NCBI RefSeq assembly: GCF_006345805.1
Contig: NC_042998.1
Span: 496,001-560,000, forward strand
Length of the DNA stretch: 64,000 nucleotides
Source of the DNA: Octopus sinensis
Lineage: Eukaryota
Reading direction: 5' to 3'
In this document: positions 49,050 through 63,635 of the stretch, piece after piece
Numbering within the stretch: the stretch's first letter is position 1
How the letters are laid out: each line of letters begins with the position of its first letter
Program-made: the position numbers and the translations under genes
Notes under the pieces: model-generated
Database searches by the model: none
What the model saw: only the letters and a program-made list of their open reading frames with translations
What the model was told of the DNA's origin: nothing

Positions 49050-49181
49050 TATATATAAACATATATATAAACTCACATACAGACACACACACACATATAT
49101 TACCAAGTCCTAGAGGGAACAATGAAATTTAACAAAAGCTTGATGAAAAGAACCAGACAAGTCTGTTTCTAAATCAATCAG

Positions 49182-49303
49182 ATCTATGGCTAGCATCTTT
49201 CAAGTTGGAAATTACCTATGCACAAAACAAAAGGGAAAAATATTACAGAAAGAAAATCTCTCAGAAGACCAAACAGAAGCTTACAACAAAACCTCAGCCC
49301 AAG
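49182..49303 (+). CDS. Weak candidate exon
   Basis: AATCAATCAG acceptor and AAG|GTGAGA donor. Two frames are open, and neither is directly phase-compatible with exon C. Confidence 0.25.
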
Positions 49304-49477
49304 GTGAGAATAGAATTCGATGAAAAGGGAATCAGGGAATATTGAGAATTAACTATAAAAAGAAACATTGATTGATTTCTCAATGAAATAGACACAATTA
49401 TATTGTACTAAAAATAAACTATTTGTTGTCCTTCTCTTTATTGTACTGTTTTAAGTGTTAATGTATGTTTCATATAT

Positions 49478-49815
49478 GTGAAGGCATATGACTCAGTGGT
49501 TAGAGTGTCGAGCTTACGATCGTGAGGTTGTGAGCTCGAATCCCGGACCGGGCTGCGTGTTGTGTTCTTGAGCAAGACACTTTACTTCACGTTGCTCCAG
49601 TTCACTCAGCTGTAGAAATGAGTTGCGACATCACTGGTGCCAAGCTGTATCGACCTTTGTCTTTCCCTTGGATAACACTGGTGGCATGGAGAGAGGAGGC
49701 TGGTATGCATGGGCGACTGCTGGTCTTCCATAAACAACCTTGTCCAGACTTGTGCCTGAGAGGAAAACTTTCTAGGTGCAATCCCATGGTCAGTGTCTGA
49801 CCGAAGGGGATCTCA
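49478..49815 (+). mobile_element. SINE family 5, long-tail variant
   Basis: Head GACTCAGTGGTTAGAGTGTCG...CTCGAATCCC; body GTTCTTGAGCAAGACAC; tail as at 37480 (reverse complement). Confidence 0.85.
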
Positions 49816-50187
49816 GAATATGTGGAGCATATGTGTAATGGATAGTGAAAGAATGTGGCCTAGTGGTTAAGGTGTTGTGCTCATCAACATGAGATCATGG
49901 TTTTGATTTTCAGACTGGATGTTGCATTGTGTTCTCAGAAAATCATTTGTAAATCATCCCACATAACTCTGTGATTGCTTTGACGTCTGACATGTGGCAC
50001 ATTGTGTACCCATACAAACAATGCCGATTTAATGAAGGGAGTGAGCTGATGTGCAACACAAACATTTAATCATCTGTACAGGTTGTTAAGCAATTCCTTG
50101 CTGAATCTTCATCTGTCATTAACGACAGGGGACTCCATAATATGCTTGATATAGTAAGATTAGAGTTAACTTTAGCAGTTAACGTTA

Positions 50188-50573
50188 GGCGTAGGAGTGG
50201 CTGGGTGGTAAGTAGCTTACTTACCAACCACATGGTTCCGGGTTCAGTCCCACTGCATGGAACCTTGGGCAAGTGTCTTCTACTATAGCTTCGGGCCTAC
50301 CAAAGCCTTGTGAGTGGATTTGGTAGATGGAAACTAAAAGAAGCCCATCGCATATATGTATATATAAGTGTGTGTGTTTGTCCCCCCAACATCGCTTGAC
50401 AACCGATGATGGAGTGTTTACATCCCTGTAACTTAGCGATTCGGCGAAAGAGACTGATAGAATAAGTACTAGGCTTACAAAGAATAAATCCTGGGGTCGA
50501 TTTGCTCAACTAAAGGCGGTGCCCCAGCATGGCCACAGTCAAATGACTGAAACAAGTAAAAGAGTAAAAGAGT
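50188..50573 (+). mobile_element. Full-length SINE family 2
   Basis: GGCGTAGGAGTGGCTG head, B-box-like GGTTCAGTCCC, CORE-like motif and (AAAAGAGT)n tail. Confidence 0.9.
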
Positions 50574-51204
50574 TGTTCTTAACCTAGCAGCAGGGAGGAG
50601 TAGTGCACCCTAAGGATATTGGACTCATGATTGCAAGAACATAGCTTTGATTTCCAGACTGGATCCTGCAGTGAAATGCAGCTGAAAGTGGAAAACTTTG
50701 AGAATCTGTAATTGACTGGAACATAAACCTTTGCCAAACAAAATAGTCTCTAGAAACTACTAAGAATATTGTTCCATGGAAACTTTTTATTTTTATTGGT
50801 CTAATTAACTCTAAGTTGTAGACTGCATGCAAATTCTACAGAAATCAACAAAATTCATAATCCTTAATCCTATAATGGATCAGAGTGGCTTGTACCAAAT
50901 GTACTTATCACTAAGATTTTATAATGTTAAAGTAATGAGACTAATCTCTCCTTAGATACGATGTTATTCTTTCACTGGTGATATTATTATTTATTATTCC
51001 AAGAAAATGTGGCTCCAACTTTTGCACCCAGGGTAAAAACTAATGGATATAAAACTAAAAGCCTTATGAAATACAATTGAACTGTAATTTCTTTGTGTGT
51101 CTCTCTGGCTAAAATTCAGGGAACAACATTGACTACTTATAAGCTAAAGGCCCAGCAAATTCAATACAGTACTAGAAAACATCTAGAATTTACTGCAGTG
51201 AAAG

Positions 51205-51590
51205 TGCAGGCATGGCTGTATGGTAAGGAGTTTGGTTCTCAGCCCTATGGTTTCAGATTCAGTCCTACTGTGTGGCACCTTGGCCCAGGCCAACAAGCCA
51301 TTGTGAGTGAATGTGGATTTGATAGATAGAAAATAAAAGAAGCCAGTTGTGTGTGTGTGTTACTGTCTCCTTGTCTTGATATCATGTGATAGTGGTAAAT
51401 AAGTTCCACTGTCATACAAGCTGTGTCGTTCATTTCCAATCTTCTGTGAAAACTTGTCTGGTCAAGGAAGAATATTAGTTACTTGAAAACAGGTGAGGGC
51501 ATCTGACTGTGGAATATCTGCCTCAACAAACTATATCCAAGCCATGCAAGCATGGGAAAGTGGAGACTAAAAGAACGATGATGATGATGA
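51205..51590 (+). mobile_element. SINE family 3
   Basis: Family-2 head plus RTE-like tail ending in (GAT)n. Confidence 0.75.
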
Positions 51591-52249
51591 AGATATAATC
51601 TGTGCATATTTTCCACACTATATGCTTGTGTATGTGTGCATGTGTGAACATGTATGTGTGTGTATGTCTGTATATGTGTGTAAAAATACTTGTCACTAAA
51701 AGAGATACAAAAGTCTAACACAAATATTCAATAAGTACAGATCAATAAGACCAGTATTATGGGAAGGGGAAGGTAAACATATTGATATAATTGACTAAAA
51801 TCCTTGAAAGCAGTGCCCCAGGGTGGCTATAGTCCAGTGATGATAAAAAGAATGAAAGAGAAAACGACATGAAACATAGTTCTTTGACATAAACTACACA
51901 GAACACATCACAAATTATACTAGAGACGACTGTATTGCTTTTAGCCACAAATTCGACACACTTTGGACAACACACACAGAAATCATCTTCTGAGAAATAT
52001 CACTAAAGACAAAAATCAATGCATAAAAGAGCTACCTCTAGCAAGAAATTTATTTACAAAATTTCTGGTGAATATAAGAATTGATAGAATATTGGTAATT
52101 CTAGATCATTAGACTTCATTACTCTTGAGCACAAGCCTCTTTTCTTTAAGACTTGATCCTAAAATATCTTGTGAAAACTTGACAGTATGAAATACTGGAC
52201 TTTAAGGGTCAACACTATAAAGAACCACTTTTCATTTATCATTTATTTG

Positions 52250-52513
52250 TTTCAATCATTAGATCATGGTCATACTGGAGCACTGCCTTCAAGTGCTTAG
52301 ATAAACAAATCAAACACAGTACTTATTTTTTTAAATATGGTATTTATTCTATTGGTCTCCTTTGGTGAGCTGTTAAGCTACAAGGATGCAAATAAGCCAA
52401 CACCACATATGCACATATTATGTGTGTGTGTGTGTATATATATTTATATATATATGCATGTATTTATATATACATATATATGTGCACACAGACACACACA
52501 TATATATATACAC

Positions 52514-52544
<31 letters not shown>

Positions 52545-52810
52545 CATATACATACATACATATACATACATACATACATATATAGATATAGATACATACA
52601 TACATACATACATATACATATGCATACATACATATATATATAATAGGTTTCTTTCATTTTCCGTCAAACAAATCTACCCACAAGACTTTGGCCAACCTGG
52701 GGCTGTAGTAGAAGACACTTGCCCAAGGTGCTACACAGTGTAATTGAACCTGAAACCAAGTGTCTGGTAAACAAGCTTCTTAACCACACAGCCATGCTTG
52801 CACCTATGAA
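52250..52810 (-). mobile_element. SINE family 2 with expanded internal microsatellite
   Basis: Colinear with 2499-2905. Confidence 0.75.
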
Positions 52811-53417
52811 CTAAATACTCTCAAATGTTTTAGAAGGCTTCTCAAAAACAGCTGATAGCTTCTCTTACCTGCACGAACTAATTAGTAGCAGAGAGGAGTG
52901 TTCTGCATGTCTGGTAGTCAGAATAAGTGCAGTGTAGGGATCTGTTATTCTACTTGCAACAAAGGAATTCTCTCACAGAGTGAAGGATGGATTGCACTAT
53001 GTTCTTGTACAAGGTCCAAAGCTGCATGGTAATGAGATATGGGTACTGAATGTGGCAGATGTACAAAAGATGGAAGGCATTAAAACAATGATGATGATAA
53101 TAAAGATGATATATATATATATATATATATATATAGATAGAGAGAGAGAGAGAGAGAGAGAGCAGAGGCAGAATTTGTTGGAATCTAGGTATATCAACAT
53201 ATACGACACCATGATTGGCTGAGTACATAGTATTGAGCTTGTAGTACATTGAAAATCTCATCCTTGTCATTTATAGGTAGCATATTTGTAAGTATGTACA
53301 TACACCCCACCACACACATCTATCTATATATCTAAATATACACATAGACAGATGTATATATACATAGGTACCTAATCAAATATAAACTGTAGAGTCAACC
53401 CCACTTGAGTTTTTTTT

Positions 53418-53450
<33 letters not shown>

Positions 53451-53479
53451 TCTCATATTCTTCACCCACATATTCCTGA

Positions 53480-53830
53480 GAGGGTCATAGGAACAGAGTC
53501 CTCAAGCAGGCCTCACATCAGGTCCTCTCAGAAGCAACAGTCTCCTGTTGATCTAGCTGGGATCCTGTTCCCAAGTGAGACCAACTGAGCTCATGCATGT
53601 TGTTTGCTGTCAATCACTGGGTCTCCCACTGTCTATCACTGGGTCCCCCACTGGTTGGTTTCACTCATAAACCTGTCCTGTGATTCTTTCCTGGGGCATT
53701 CTTACCACATGGCCTTAGTATTGGAGCTGTGATCACTCAATTCAGAGAAGTAGTGGCTCTACTTTGAGCATCTCCTTGATCTCTGAATTACACAACAGAA
53801 ATGGAGGTTCTTCCAAAGGCTCTTTGCAGT
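53480..53830 (-). pseudogene. Decayed Rex3/Expander-like RTE ORF2 3' fragment
   Basis: The - frame EMLKVEPLLL*IE*SQLQY*GHVVRMPQERI matches VEPLLLRIERSQLRWFGHxxRMP. Confidence 0.65.
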
Positions 53831-53849
53831 AATATTACTTGATATAGTT

Positions 53850-54468
53850 TGCAGCTCAGAGATCAGGCCATTATTTCTGCAAATTGAGAAAGAAATGAAG
53901 CTACTATGCTTCAATGGGTGTGCAATGTCAGTGTACATGTACAACAGAGTGTAAGCATCTTGAGAGGAAAACTGGGTATAAGAGGTATCAGAGGTGGTGT
54001 GCAAGAGAGATGACTGCACTGGTATGGTCATGTGATGCATATGGATGAGGACAGCTGAGTAAAGAAGTGCCAATCTCTAATTGTTAAGGGAACCTGTGGA
54101 AGAGGTAGACCCAGGAAGACATGGGATGAGGTGGTGAAGCATGACCTTCAAATGTTGGGCCTCATGGAGGTGATTACAAGTGACCGTGACCTCTGGTGAT
54201 ATGCTGTGCTTGGGAAGACCCGTCAAGCCAAGTGAAATTGTAGTCATGGTTGATGCTGGTGCCACATAACTGGCATCTGTGCTGGTGGCATGTATAAGGC
54301 ATCCATTACATTCTTGGAGTGGTTGCCATTAGGAAATGCATTCAACCATACAAATCATGCCAAATTAGACTGGAACCCGGTGTTGCTCTCTGGCTTACCA
54401 GTTCCAGCTACACCGTCTAACCCATGCCAGCATGGAAAGCGGATGTTAAATGATGATGTTGATGTTTA
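53850..54468 (+). mobile_element. Older subfamily copy of the main RTE (ORF end plus tail)
   Basis: Colinear with 24003-24370 of the full element, with stops. A related scrap lies at 52975-53085. Confidence 0.8.
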
Positions 54469-54527
54469 TGTATTTGTTTTGCAAGATTCTTGATGTGAAA
54501 TCATGTATTGGATCAAATATTGTTATA

Positions 54528-54778
54528 TTTGGGGATGGTCATCTTTCTCCAATTAAACACATACACTGTTTATTTGATCTTCATTTTAGCTTTATTATTA
54601 TAAAAAAAATGGAATAGGTAGGACAAGAGGAGACACATGAGACAGAAAGTTGCTAAAGAGGTCACGGAATGTGTGATGCATGGCAAAAGAACTTTGACAG
54701 AGAAATTCAGAATAATGATAATAAAGCTAAAGTGAAAAATCAAATAGTGCATGCGTTTAATTTGCGACCATCCCCAAA
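54528..54778. mobile_element. Tc1/mariner-type MITE
   Basis: TA flanks and ~70-bp TIRs TTTGGGGATGGTC...TTTAGCTTTATTAT. Confidence 0.8.
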
Positions 54779-55032
54779 TAAACAGTGTATGTATGTATGT
54801 AAATGTATATGTGTGCAGAAATATACACATATAGATAGATAGATAGATTGAGAGAGAGAGAGAGAGAAGAGAGAAAAAGAGAAAGAGAGAGAAGGAGATA
54901 CAGTACACACACAAACATAATTGCTCATACACATGAAGAGAAAGAGAGAAAGAGGGAGAGAGAGCAAGAGACAAATTAAAACGTCTGACGTCAAATAAGT
55001 CAGCTTCAAATCAGTAACACCAAAATGACTGA

Positions 55033-55487
55033 GCCAAAATATTTCATACTCCCTGTAGGTATAATCTTATCTCTCCCACCCATGCCAGCATGGATGGTGG
55101 ACATTAAACGATGATGATGATGATGATGATGATGATGAAGCAATTCACAGAGTTTCTGGTTTGGGTTGAGCTAAGGTTATGATAAAAAAAAAACATTTGC
55201 CCAAAATGGCATGCACTGGGATTGAACATGGGACCTTGTGATTTCAAAGCAATCTTCTTAACCATTAAACTATACTACTATCTCATAATTTTGTATGAAA
55301 TGATAAATTCAAGCCAAAATATTTGATGTCCACAGCAGGTATAACCTTATCTCCCGAACAATTCACAGAATTTCTGGTTTGGGTTGAGCTAAGGCTATGA
55401 TGAAAAAAAAGAGAACATTTGCCCAAAATGACATGCATTTGGATTGAACGTGGGACCCTGTGATTGAATGAAATGATAAATTCCAAG
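55033..55487. repeat. About 280-bp-period tandem duplication; the first copy carries a 65-bp RTE tail
   Basis: GCCAAAATATTT...AGGTATAAYCTTATCTC...CAATTCACAGA...TTTGCCCAAAATG occurs twice. The RTE tail 55076-55140 is absent from copy 2. Confidence 0.8.
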
Positions 55488-55994
55488 TTAATTCAAAGAT
55501 ATAGAACAGTGTAGAGTATGTTCTACGGTTTGAAACAATATGAGAGAAGATGAAAAAGGTGATGAAATGAGCTTCTGTGTTTTCCTGTTAAAACTGTGTA
55601 ATATTATAAAAGTAAAGAATTTTCCTTCTCTAATGATACATGGAAATCGACTGAGCTGAGATTCTGTAACTATATCAGTACTAATGAGGATAAATGGAGA
55701 TGAAACGAATCGATTTCGCGAATCCATAATATAATGAAACGGAATTTTTAAAAAATAGTTGTTAAAAACAAATGATATTGTTCACTTTTTGAAGGATGGA
55801 ATTTTTTGAGAGCAGAATCTTATTTTAGTTACCTTCCTAACAATATTTTATATAATTTTAGTCTTGTTTTCTAATCTTGAAATTTACTTAAAATTTCTAT
55901 GTTTTTAGTTTGTATTTTATTTCTTTGCAATAGGATTTATCTTTTCATCAAACTTTTAATAAATAAAATGATGATGATGATGATGATGATGATA

Positions 55995-56347
55995 TATTAT
56001 ATATTATATATATATATTATATATATATATCGTATATATATATATTATATTTATATATTATATTATATATATTATATATTATATATATATATATTATATA
56101 TATATATATTATTATATATTATATATATTATATATATATATTATATATTATAATATATATATATATTATATATATTATATATATATATATATTATATATT
56201 ATTATATATATTATATATATATTATATATATATATTATATATTATATATATATATTATATATTATATATTATACAACTATATATATTATATATATATATA
56301 TATTATATATATTATATATATTATATATACATATTATATATATATAT

Positions 56348-56385
<38 letters not shown>
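55995..56385. repeat. (TA)n/(TATAT)n microsatellite
   Basis: Direct reading. Another such tract lies at 57118-57330. Confidence 0.95.
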
Positions 56386-56437
56386 GAAGACCTGTTTGCA
56401 AATACTTATGGGTTTTTCTAGTAACTTCCTTTTCATC

Positions 56438-57119
56438 ATGGATGAAGATAGTTGTGTGAAAAGGTGCCACACCCTAGCGGTTGAGGGAACCTGTGGAAGA
56501 GGTAGACCCAGGAAAACCTGGGATGAGGTGGTGAAACACAACCTGCGAACATTAGGTCTCACCGAGGAAATGACCAGAGACTGAGACCTTTGGAAGTATG
56601 CTGTGCGTGAGAAGACCCGGCAGGACTAGTGAGACCATAACCCATGGCCTCAGTACGGGACATAAAACTCTACTTGTGAAGACCTGTTGAGGCAAGAGAA
56701 AATCAAAAATCAAAATCAAAATCAAAATCGATCAACATCAATGGAATTTGTAGGTGTGATACCAGTGCCGGTGGCACATAAGAGAACCATCCGAACATTG
56801 CCAGCGCCGCCCCGACTGGCTTCCATGCCGGTGGCACGTAAAAAGCACCATCCGATCATGGCCGTTGCTAGCCTCGCCTGGCCTCTGTGCCGGTGGCACG
56901 TAAAATGCACCATCCGATCATGGCCGTTTGCCAGCCTCTTCTGGCACATCAGAAGCACCCACTACACTCATGGAGTAGTTGGCGTTAGGAAGGGCATCCA
57001 GCCGTAGAAACATTGTCAGATCAGACTGGGCCTGGTGCAGCCTTCTGGCTTCCCAGACCCCAGTTGAACCGTCCAACCCATGCCAGCATGGAAAGCAGAC
57101 GCTAAACGATGATGAGGAT
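56438..57119 (+). mobile_element. 5'-truncated young RTE copy
   Basis: MDEDSCVKRCHTLAVEGTCGRGRPRKTWDEVVKHNLRTLGLTEEMTRD plus modular 3'UTR and (GAT)n. Confidence 0.92.
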
Positions 57120-57147
57120 ATATATATATATATATTATACATCTATA

Positions 57148-57276
<129 letters not shown>

Positions 57277-58289
57277 TATATATATATATATATATATATG
57301 CATATATATATATATATCTATAATAAACATATATCTATAATAAACAGCAGCAAAACGAAAAAAAAATACATATAGCAAGATATTAAAGGTGATAATCTGC
57401 TGCTTAAATATGCCATTAAAAGTACGATGGATCTTCAGAGATTAGGATAGCCACAGATAAAATAAATGTATGATAAAAATAAATGAATAAATAAAACAAT
57501 ACAAAACTGGGTTAATTAAGGTACAGTGATGTTTTAAATGGAACTACAGGGTTCAGAATGTATTTAGTAAATCTAGTTTTATGTTGATGGGTCGATATCT
57601 GTGTGGATCACATGTAGCTCTGTTTTTTGTTTCACTCCCCACAAAAACAGCTGCTTTTGCACTTGTTAATAAATGTTGTAATATATAAAAGTGCATTATA
57701 ATAATGTTTGCTACCCCTGATGCAATCATGGAAAAATAAATAAATTCTAAAAAAATATTTTAATAAATAAAAAATGCATATGTACTAAAATTAAAATTAT
57801 GGCCAGATGATAAAACTGTATCCGTAATTTAAATTTAGGTTGGTTTGTATGTGGTGGTGATGGTGGGGGAGCCCTATATTTAATATACTTTTAATGAGAA
57901 AGCTTAAGATATGACACATATACAAATAAATAAAGTATTACACTAACAAGGGAAGCTGTATATGGATGGTCATTCAACTTGCTAAAAACAGCAGTCAAAT
58001 CCCCCTTGAATCACAATCTACTGCCTTAAATAAAGAGAAATTTTTATAATGTAGGCATGGTCATGGATGAATACTTTTGATTATGTCCATGCTCATTTGG
58101 AGATGACTTAGGGTTAAAGAACATGAATACCTGGTGTTTAGGGTGTTGGGGTGATGGTATTGATCCTTATTTTCATCAATCATTAATTTGTATTCATCAT
58201 CATCATCATCATCATAGAAAGTGGATGGTAAGCAATGATAATGATGATTAAAACAAATAAAAACGATTATGAAAATAATTAATACAGGT

Positions 58290-58655
58290 GCATGACTGGC
58301 TGTATTGTATAGTAAGGAGCTTGCTACCCAACTCCATGGTTCCAGGTTCAGTCCCCTTGTGTGGCACCTTCTACTATATAGCCCCAGATTGACCAAAGCC
58401 TTGTGAGTGGATCTGGTACATGGAAACTAAATGAAGCCTGTCATATATATGTATGTGTGTGTGTTTGTTTGTTCCCCACCACCACTTCACAACCGATGTT
58501 GGTGTGTTTACTTCCCTGTAACTTAATTGTTTGGCAAAAGATACCGAATAAAAAAAGTATTGAGGTCGACTCATTTAACTAAAAATTCAAGGTAGTGCTC
58601 CAGCAGGGCCTTAATCTAATGACTGAAACAAGTAAAAAAATAAAAGATAAAGATT
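58290..58655 (+). mobile_element. SINE family 2
   Basis: Colinear with 50188. Confidence 0.8.
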
Positions 58656-59311
58656 AAAACCCTCTAATTTCCCTAGTCATGACCTCCACCCCTTACAGCT
58701 CCACAACTATCTTTTAATGACTTTCTCTTCAGACCTCATCATCATCATCATCATCATCTATTTTCTCTCTTTCCTGTTCGCTTCTACTCATATTCACCCT
58801 TATAAAGCGAAGAGGGAATATCCATGGTCTCCCTATACACAACCCACCTCATCATCCTTATCACTTAGCCCCTATCTTTCTCCCTAACAACTGACAGCAA
58901 TCCCCCCCTCCGGTTCCTTCAATAATCCCTTCCCTGTGGTGACTCTTCCCCTAACCCTCCCCAATACCCCCCTCTCACAACTATCAGTCTGTTTCTCTCA
59001 TCATATTTCCTTCTCTCTTATCACCTTGCCTTAAAAATCACCATTTTCTTTCTGTCTGTCTCCGTTTCTCCTATTCTTCTTCACTTATAGGCTCCACTTT
59101 AGGGTCTTTTGTCTTGTAAGTTGTAAGGGAGGCCTTGTTAGTACTCAAGCTACTTTTTAAGGTAGTTGACATTTGTAAGGGCATCCAGCTGTAAAAATCA
59201 TGCCAAAGCACACATTGCAACAGGATGCAGGTTTCTGGCTCCTCAACAGATATCGTATAGACATTAAATGATGATGATGATGCATTATATGTATGATGAT
59301 TATATATATAT

Positions 59312-59342
<31 letters not shown>

Positions 59343-59897
59343 AACACAAATTTCATATATATATATACACACACACACAAACTTCATATATATATATATA
59401 TATATATACATACATATAATGTATATATACATGCATTATATATATATCTATATAGACAAGTATGTACATACACATACATACATACATACATAGGTAAAAG
59501 ATAATTTTTTTTAATGAAATCATAATGATATTTGTACATCTTTCATTGTTAAGATCACAGCTTATTCTTAATATAATGTACAGTGTGAAAAGTAATAAAA
59601 GGTATAATATATGTTTTTATGTAGAGTAGGAAGATAAATCAGGTGACACTTAATCTATAGAAGGGATTGCATATAAGGTGGGAAGTGGGGGTGAAGGAGA
59701 GACAGACAGACATAGAGAGAGAAAAGGAGTGAAACAGAGGGAGAGAGTAATGCTTTCTTTTAACTAATATAGACAGAGTGTGTTATATTTTACTATTGTT
59801 TCCCCCCCCTCCCCTTATAAACATATGAGGTTAACAATGAATGGCTTGCTTTCTGGTTACCTGTCTCTCTTTCTGCCTCTCTCTTGTACGTTTTAAG

Positions 59898-59981
59898 GTA
59901 TTAGTCCAAGTGTACGGATTTTAAATCTGAAATATTTACACACACCACCAGCAAGTTCACTCATTCAACCATCAGATGCTG
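59898..59981 (+). CDS. Weak candidate exon (GISPSVRILNLKYLHTPPASSLIQPSDA)
   Basis: Long polypyrimidine tract plus AAG, open phase 1->1, weak donor GTAGCT. Confidence 0.25.
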
Positions 59982-61419
59982 GTAGCTAAAATACACCATT
60001 TACAAACGTTACTAGTTCAATGAGTAGATGTAAATCAATAAATACTATGATGATACAAAAGCTTGTAAAACATAATGTAATTGTATGTTTAGGGTCCTAG
60101 CTGTGTGTGTTTAAGGACCTGGATTACTTGCTAGGCATGCAAAAGAGAATAGAAGTCCTGTCACATATACCATTGTTCTTTCTAGAAAGCACTCTGAATA
60201 ATGAACATACAATTTTTGTCAATTTGACCAAGAAGCAAACAGAGAGACACCCATATAGGCAGATACATGCACAAAGACATACATGCACTTACACACACAC
60301 ATGCATGCATACATACACACATACATACATACATACATACATACATACATACATACATACATACATACATACAAGCTCATATGTACAGCCATACATGCTA
60401 ACTCAAACATACACAAACAAACACACGCAGACATACACACAAACACACAGGTGCACAAGTGTACATATATATATATATATACACAGGCAGTCGTGTTTAC
60501 ATACATATTCACACATATATACACATATATGCTAAGTTACAGTCAATTGATTCAGTTATTCATTTTTATTGGTTTCAACCATTTGGCACAACTATTGTTT
60601 TTGAAGACTACTACTAATTTTATTGATTATTGTTTGTTGAAGTGTTAAGTTATGGGACATGATAAACATAAATACAGACATATGCGTTTATATATATATA
60701 TATATATATATGAAAGAGAGAGAGAGAGAGATGATAAAAATACAAGATGTAGTCAAAATTATCAGTTTGATTATTAAAGAAGTGAAAAGAGCTAATTATG
60801 ATATTTTGAGCATTGTCCTTCATCAGAATATATATGAAGAGTGGAAAGAGAGAGAAAACAAATTTATAAAAAAGTCAATAAAAGGAAAAATCCAAGCAAA
60901 GTAGCCTATATGTGCTGGCTGTCTAATATAGTAGCCATTGACTGACTGGAAGTAGGAGGAGGCTGCTTAGTTTTGGTTCTTCAAAAACAGCAAAGTGAAG
61001 TAGGGTGAAAAAGATAAATACTACATCAGAATTTTTTTAAAAACAATTTTTATTCAAAATATAGTGAATATATGTCATTATATTTATTTTCACTTATTAA
61101 TATACCCAAGCAAGGCTAAATATGGTTGCTCATACATGTTAAGAGTACAACAGACTCTGCTAATTTTTCATTATTTAAATATCAAAAATATTACTATCAT
61201 ATATACAGTAAACCTGCAGCCCATTGGAACCCACTTTGAACTCAAATATCCAATGATGCTATAGTTTATAAATGCATGCATTAAAAAATGGTAGCATTTG
61301 TCAATAAAATCAAATCAATTATGAAGTATATTCGTCAGTACTAGTATCTAATTTAATTAGTTGTCTTTTTCACATAAAATTTCATATTAGGTTTCATGTT
61401 TTTTTTAATTTTTTTATTT

Positions 61420-61790
61420 TACTTGTTTCACTCATTGGACTGCAGCCATGCTAGAGCACTGCCCTGAAGGATTCAGTCAAACAAATTGACCCTTGTATTT
61501 ATCTTTTAAAGTCTGGTACTTGTTCTATTGGGCTCTTTTGCTAACGTACTAAGTTATGGGGATGTAAACAAACCAGCACCAGTTGTCAAGCAGTGACAAG
61601 AGACAAATACACACACACACACTCACACATACATACACACATGACAAGTTTCTGTCATTTTCTACTTACCAAGATCATTCACAAAACTTTAGTGACTATA
61701 ATAAAAAAGCAATTACCCAAGGTGTCTCACAGTGGGACTGAACCTGGAACCATACTGGAAAGCAAACTAGTTACCACACAGTCACACCTG
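61420..61790 (-). mobile_element. SINE family 2
   Basis: Colinear with 2499-2905. Confidence 0.75.
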
Positions 61791-62369
61791 CACGGGACAT
61801 CATTAGTTCTAAAATCTAATTATTGAGACAGACCAATTATGAATAAGCTCATTCCTGATATTATTCCCAGGCAATCTGTGAAGTAGATTGTCTCCTGACA
61901 AAAATCATCACAAGTGATTTGACGCAATTCCTAAGAATAAGAAAAAGCATGTCATGATGTAATTAACATGAAGTGGCTCTATGTAATGTGGAGAGCTGAA
62001 GAGGCTCTGGTGTATCCATTTCTTTCTTCAACTCACATCTCATAAACAAAAGCCAGCTTAATGCTAATAGAACACTTGTCAATTATAGAACACTACCAGC
62101 TCTGCCAATGTCTAGAGTGGTCACTGAGTCCTACAATGATACTTTTTTAGAAGTTATAAATCTTTGCCAATGACAGTTAAGTATTTTAAGTGTAATGAAG
62201 CCATTAAGCTTCCATATAGCATATTAAGGAGTTCAAGATTAGGAAATGACTCCACTTTTACAAAGCATGAAGTGAGAAATTGTGACCTTCTTTAAGAGAC
62301 TATGACAAGGCAGTTGATTCACACACACACACACAAACTAGGAAGCAGATATTTCTGTATTGTGAAATC

Positions 62370-62735
62370 TATAATGCAGGCATGGTTGTGTGGTAAGAAC
62401 TTTGCTTTCCAATCACATGATTTCAGGTTCAGTCCCCTTGTATGGCACCTTGGGTTAGTATCTTCTACCACAGCCCTGAGCCAATCAAAACCTTGCAAGT
62501 GGATTTGGTTGACAAAAACTGAAACAAGCCCATAGTGTATGTATACACATGCACACATATTTATATGTGTGTTTATGCATACACATGTCTATGCGTATGT
62601 GGCCACATATGTTACTGTCGCCTTGCCTTTTCTTTTCATGATAGTTGTAAATGAGTGTTACCATCAGGAAAATGGTGTCCTTCATTTTCAATCTTCTGTG
62701 AAAATATGTCTGGTTGTGGGGAAATATTACCTTTT
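62370..62735 (+). mobile_element. SINE family 3, tail truncated
   Basis: Colinear with 51205. Confidence 0.7.
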
Positions 62736-62906
62736 TAGGGGCTATAATAGAAGGCACTTGCTAAAAGTGCCATGCAATAGTACCAACCCCAACCGTGACT
62801 GCAAAGCAAGCTTCATGAACACACATCTGGAAGAAATACTTTCTTTTCCAGTGAAAATAATCATAATGACTGCTGAATATATTCTGAACTAATTTCTAAA
62901 TTTTAG

Positions 62907-63160
62907 GACATCTTTGCAGAGACACACTGCATAAACTACTGAAGCAATTAGAATCCTTTGCAGAGCATCTCATTGGACTCAAATGGTTGTTTCTGGAAAC
63001 AAATAACATTTTGTTACAGTGGATGATTACTCAGTATTCTTTTCTTTTGCCTTGTGTTGATATTAGTGCACAAACCATTGTTCATGTCCCAAAGAGCTAT
63101 TTTCCCAAGTTGGATCCCCTAGCATTCTACACAGTAATAGAGCATCCCAATTCATGTTAA
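62907..63160 (+). CDS. Weak candidate (terminal?) exon (GHLCRDTLHKLLKQLESFAEHLIGLKW...)
   Basis: TTTCTAAATTTTAG acceptor; an ~84-codon open frame in unique DNA; phase 1 fits 59981. No clear donor. Confidence 0.3.
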
Positions 63161-63229
63161 TGGAAGTGTGAAATATTCAAAAACAATAAGGAATTGTGCA
63201 AAGCAGAACCATCCCTTAGAAATCAAGAG

Positions 63230-63635
63230 GAAATGAGAAATGTCAGAGAATCAATCAATCAAACAATATGGAAGTCAGCATTGTTAGCTTCAGAAATTAT
63301 GAGGCATTCTTTTGATATAACTCAACAAAATCAAAACATTTCACTTTGGGTATTTCCGTGGGTTGTGGCGTATAGGATATAACGAAATTATGCCAGCGAT
63401 GTCTCGTTTTAAACTTGAAGAAAAAAGGCCTTGCACATTTGTTCTTACCTGTTTCAGGTGTGTATGTAAAATCCGCAAATTTCCAAGAAGAAAACAGAAT
63501 CAAACTGTCATTTGCTTCCATGGAAATAGCTGAAGTGCAATGTTTTGATTTTGTCGAGTTCTATCCAAAGAATGCCAATTAGGAAATCTTCCATAATTTT
63601 AATTGCAAGATATTCTTTCAGAAGCATTTCATTTA
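63230..63635. repeat. Degenerate inverted-repeat (MITE-like) element
   Basis: GGCATTCTTTTGATATAACTCAACAAAATCAAAACATTTCAC (~63302) is the reverse complement of GTGCAATGTTTTGATTTTGTCGAGTTCTATCCAAAGAATGCC (~63535). Confidence 0.65.
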
